This document shows positions 62,400 to 64,000 of a stretch of 64,000 nucleotides of DNA, one piece after another. The notes beneath the pieces were generated by a model. The model worked only from the letters and a program-made list of their open reading frames with translations. It was not told the origin of the DNA and made no database searches. Position 1 is the first letter of the stretch; every line of letters begins with the position of its first letter. The DNA comes from Nymphaea colorata (Eukaryota), in assembly GCF_008831285.2 (NCBI RefSeq), contig NC_045138.2, positions 12,152,001-12,216,000 of the forward strand, written 5' to 3'. The position numbers were made by a program, and so were the translations under genes.

Positions 62400-62742
62400 T
62401 TAGAGAAGAGGGAATGTCAAAAAGGTGTATTTTACTTATTGCCTTTGCTTGTTAATATTGTTATGCCCCGTCTATCTTCAAGTTTGCATGTGTCTAATCT
62501 GTGACTTCTTTTGCATCAAGATGTCATAATACATGTTGCATTTTTTGTTCTTTACCTGCCACTATGAACGAAGACGATGCACATGGATTTTTCCCGCTCT
62601 AATGGGGGTCTAAAGAACGTTTCAGAAAAAACGCTTTTTCTTCCCAATGGAAGTTTCCAAAGCAGTATCTTAGCCAATGAGAGATGAACGAGAGTACGTT
62701 CCGGCAGTGGATTGACCATCCTTCCCTTGCATAAAACCATCT
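62400..62742 (-). mobile_element. Relic related to the segment at about 13140-13440
   Basis: Colinear shared blocks such as GAATGTCAA, CTTCAAG and TTCCCTTGCATAAA. Confidence 0.45.
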
Positions 62743-62744
62743 AC

Positions 62745-63145
62745 ATTCGATCTGGATCGGGTGTCCGATCGAACCGTCACGAAAAAGTCAGACATAAAAA
62801 AAAAAAAAATCTACTATCTGATTAAGAAATTAGATCAAATTTGGACCAAGAAATGACACCCAATTACATCGGATATACATATAAATATATGATTGGATTC
62901 CGATTCAGATTAGATTTAGTTTAAAAAATATATATATCATATATCAAATGCTCTTTTGAAAATCAGCCAGATTCGGTTCAAAATTCGGATTTAGATTTAG
63001 ATATGAATATAAAAGTCATATTCAAATCATGCAATTGGATTTTGAATTTGGACATGACTTTCTTTGTTCACATTCAAATCCGGAAGCAGATACGATTAAA
63101 GAGGTACAAACATCTGATTCGAATTCGATCCATTAACATCCTTCA
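62745..63145. mobile_element. Degenerate MITE with TCGGAT/ATCCGA subterminal motifs
   Basis: Clustered GGATC/TCCGAT/CGGAT motifs around an AT-rich core; termini and TSD not resolved. Confidence 0.45.
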
Positions 63146-64000
63146 TCCGCATGAAAGGGCATGTAAAGAACTGTAAAATATTGTGAACCGATGAATGATT
63201 ACATATTTTACTTATTCAATTTGGGTTGAACTCAAAAAAAATAAAGCGAATAGAAAGAAGAAGGGAAAATTGATTAATAGATTATCAAAATGAAACATTA
63301 AAGCTGTCCAACATTAAGAGAGCGCGTTCGGTCGTCATAGAAAAAATCACCAGTTTTAAATTCAGGAATAAATTGCTGAAATAAGGTGGACGAGGATTCT
63401 TTTTGTTCCAAATTCACCTCATCTTCGAAATCCTAGAAGAGCTTTTATAGATAATTTTTTTGTTTGTTATCCCTCTATAATAAAGTTGGAAAAAGTATAA
63501 TGACCGCTTCAATACAACTCTCTTGACCCAACCAGAAAAGTGCTGGGGCGATTTCAAATTTTTTGTAAAGGAGTATGGCTTCCCCAAAAATTTCTGATAC
63601 GTGTTGGCCCGCCATGAATTTTTTTCTCAAAGAAACTTTTCTTAGAAAATTTGTCATGATTTTTGTAAATTAAGGATTTTTTGTTTTGCAGGACATTTGT
63701 TATAACAGTGTTTTATTGAAAATTTTTGATGGATTCTGAGCGGCCATATTACTTACGCTTTTTTTTTTTTTTTTTTTTTGGAAAAAGTCCAAAAAGTTTT
63801 GCGCCGGCCATGAAATACTTTATGAACGTCAGGCTATATATATTATGATTATGGCGCATAGCATGCGACGAATTGAAAGTTACCAAAATGGCCCTCTTGG
63901 CTAAATGGAGGGCCTTTCCCTCATGAAGGTAAAGGACAAATAAATATTTCTGTAAAATGACAAAAAGGCCCTTCAATTTGTACCGTGAGTAACACATGGG

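Noticed and set aside
1..64000. A wholly new multi-gene system, RNA genes or horizontally acquired/viral genes
   Set aside because: All convincing coding signal is explained by LPAT exons or transposon domains; no tRNA, rRNA or viral hallmark was recognised by eye

Overview
Plant (angiosperm-type) nuclear DNA containing one host gene: an 11-exon, 385-aa 1-acyl-sn-glycerol-3-phosphate acyltransferase of the LPAT2/LPAT3 clade on the + strand (ATG 14687, stop 60551; 1158 nt of CDS over 45.9 kb). Its introns hold three LTR-bounded Ty1/Copia elements with short LTRs (Ale-like). One is fully intact with identical LTRs and lies in the gene's sense orientation, one is decayed and nested inside a hAT-type element, and one is gag-deleted yet has near-identical LTRs. 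The introns also carry older Copia fragments, about nine non-autonomous hAT-type elements/MITEs (most with 8-bp TSDs) and microsatellites. Upstream (1-13.6 kb) are decayed Ty3/Gypsy Tat/Ogre-type pieces and a FAR1/MULE-like relic. I found no wholly new biological system. The most interesting signals are a conserved protease-spanning intron in the Copias (Gag-only splice product), a possible in-frame LPAT-to-Pol splice fusion, conserved LTR and leader hairpins, and a stop-free, in-frame GC-AG intron in LPAT. All coordinates and alignments were done by eye; no database search was run.
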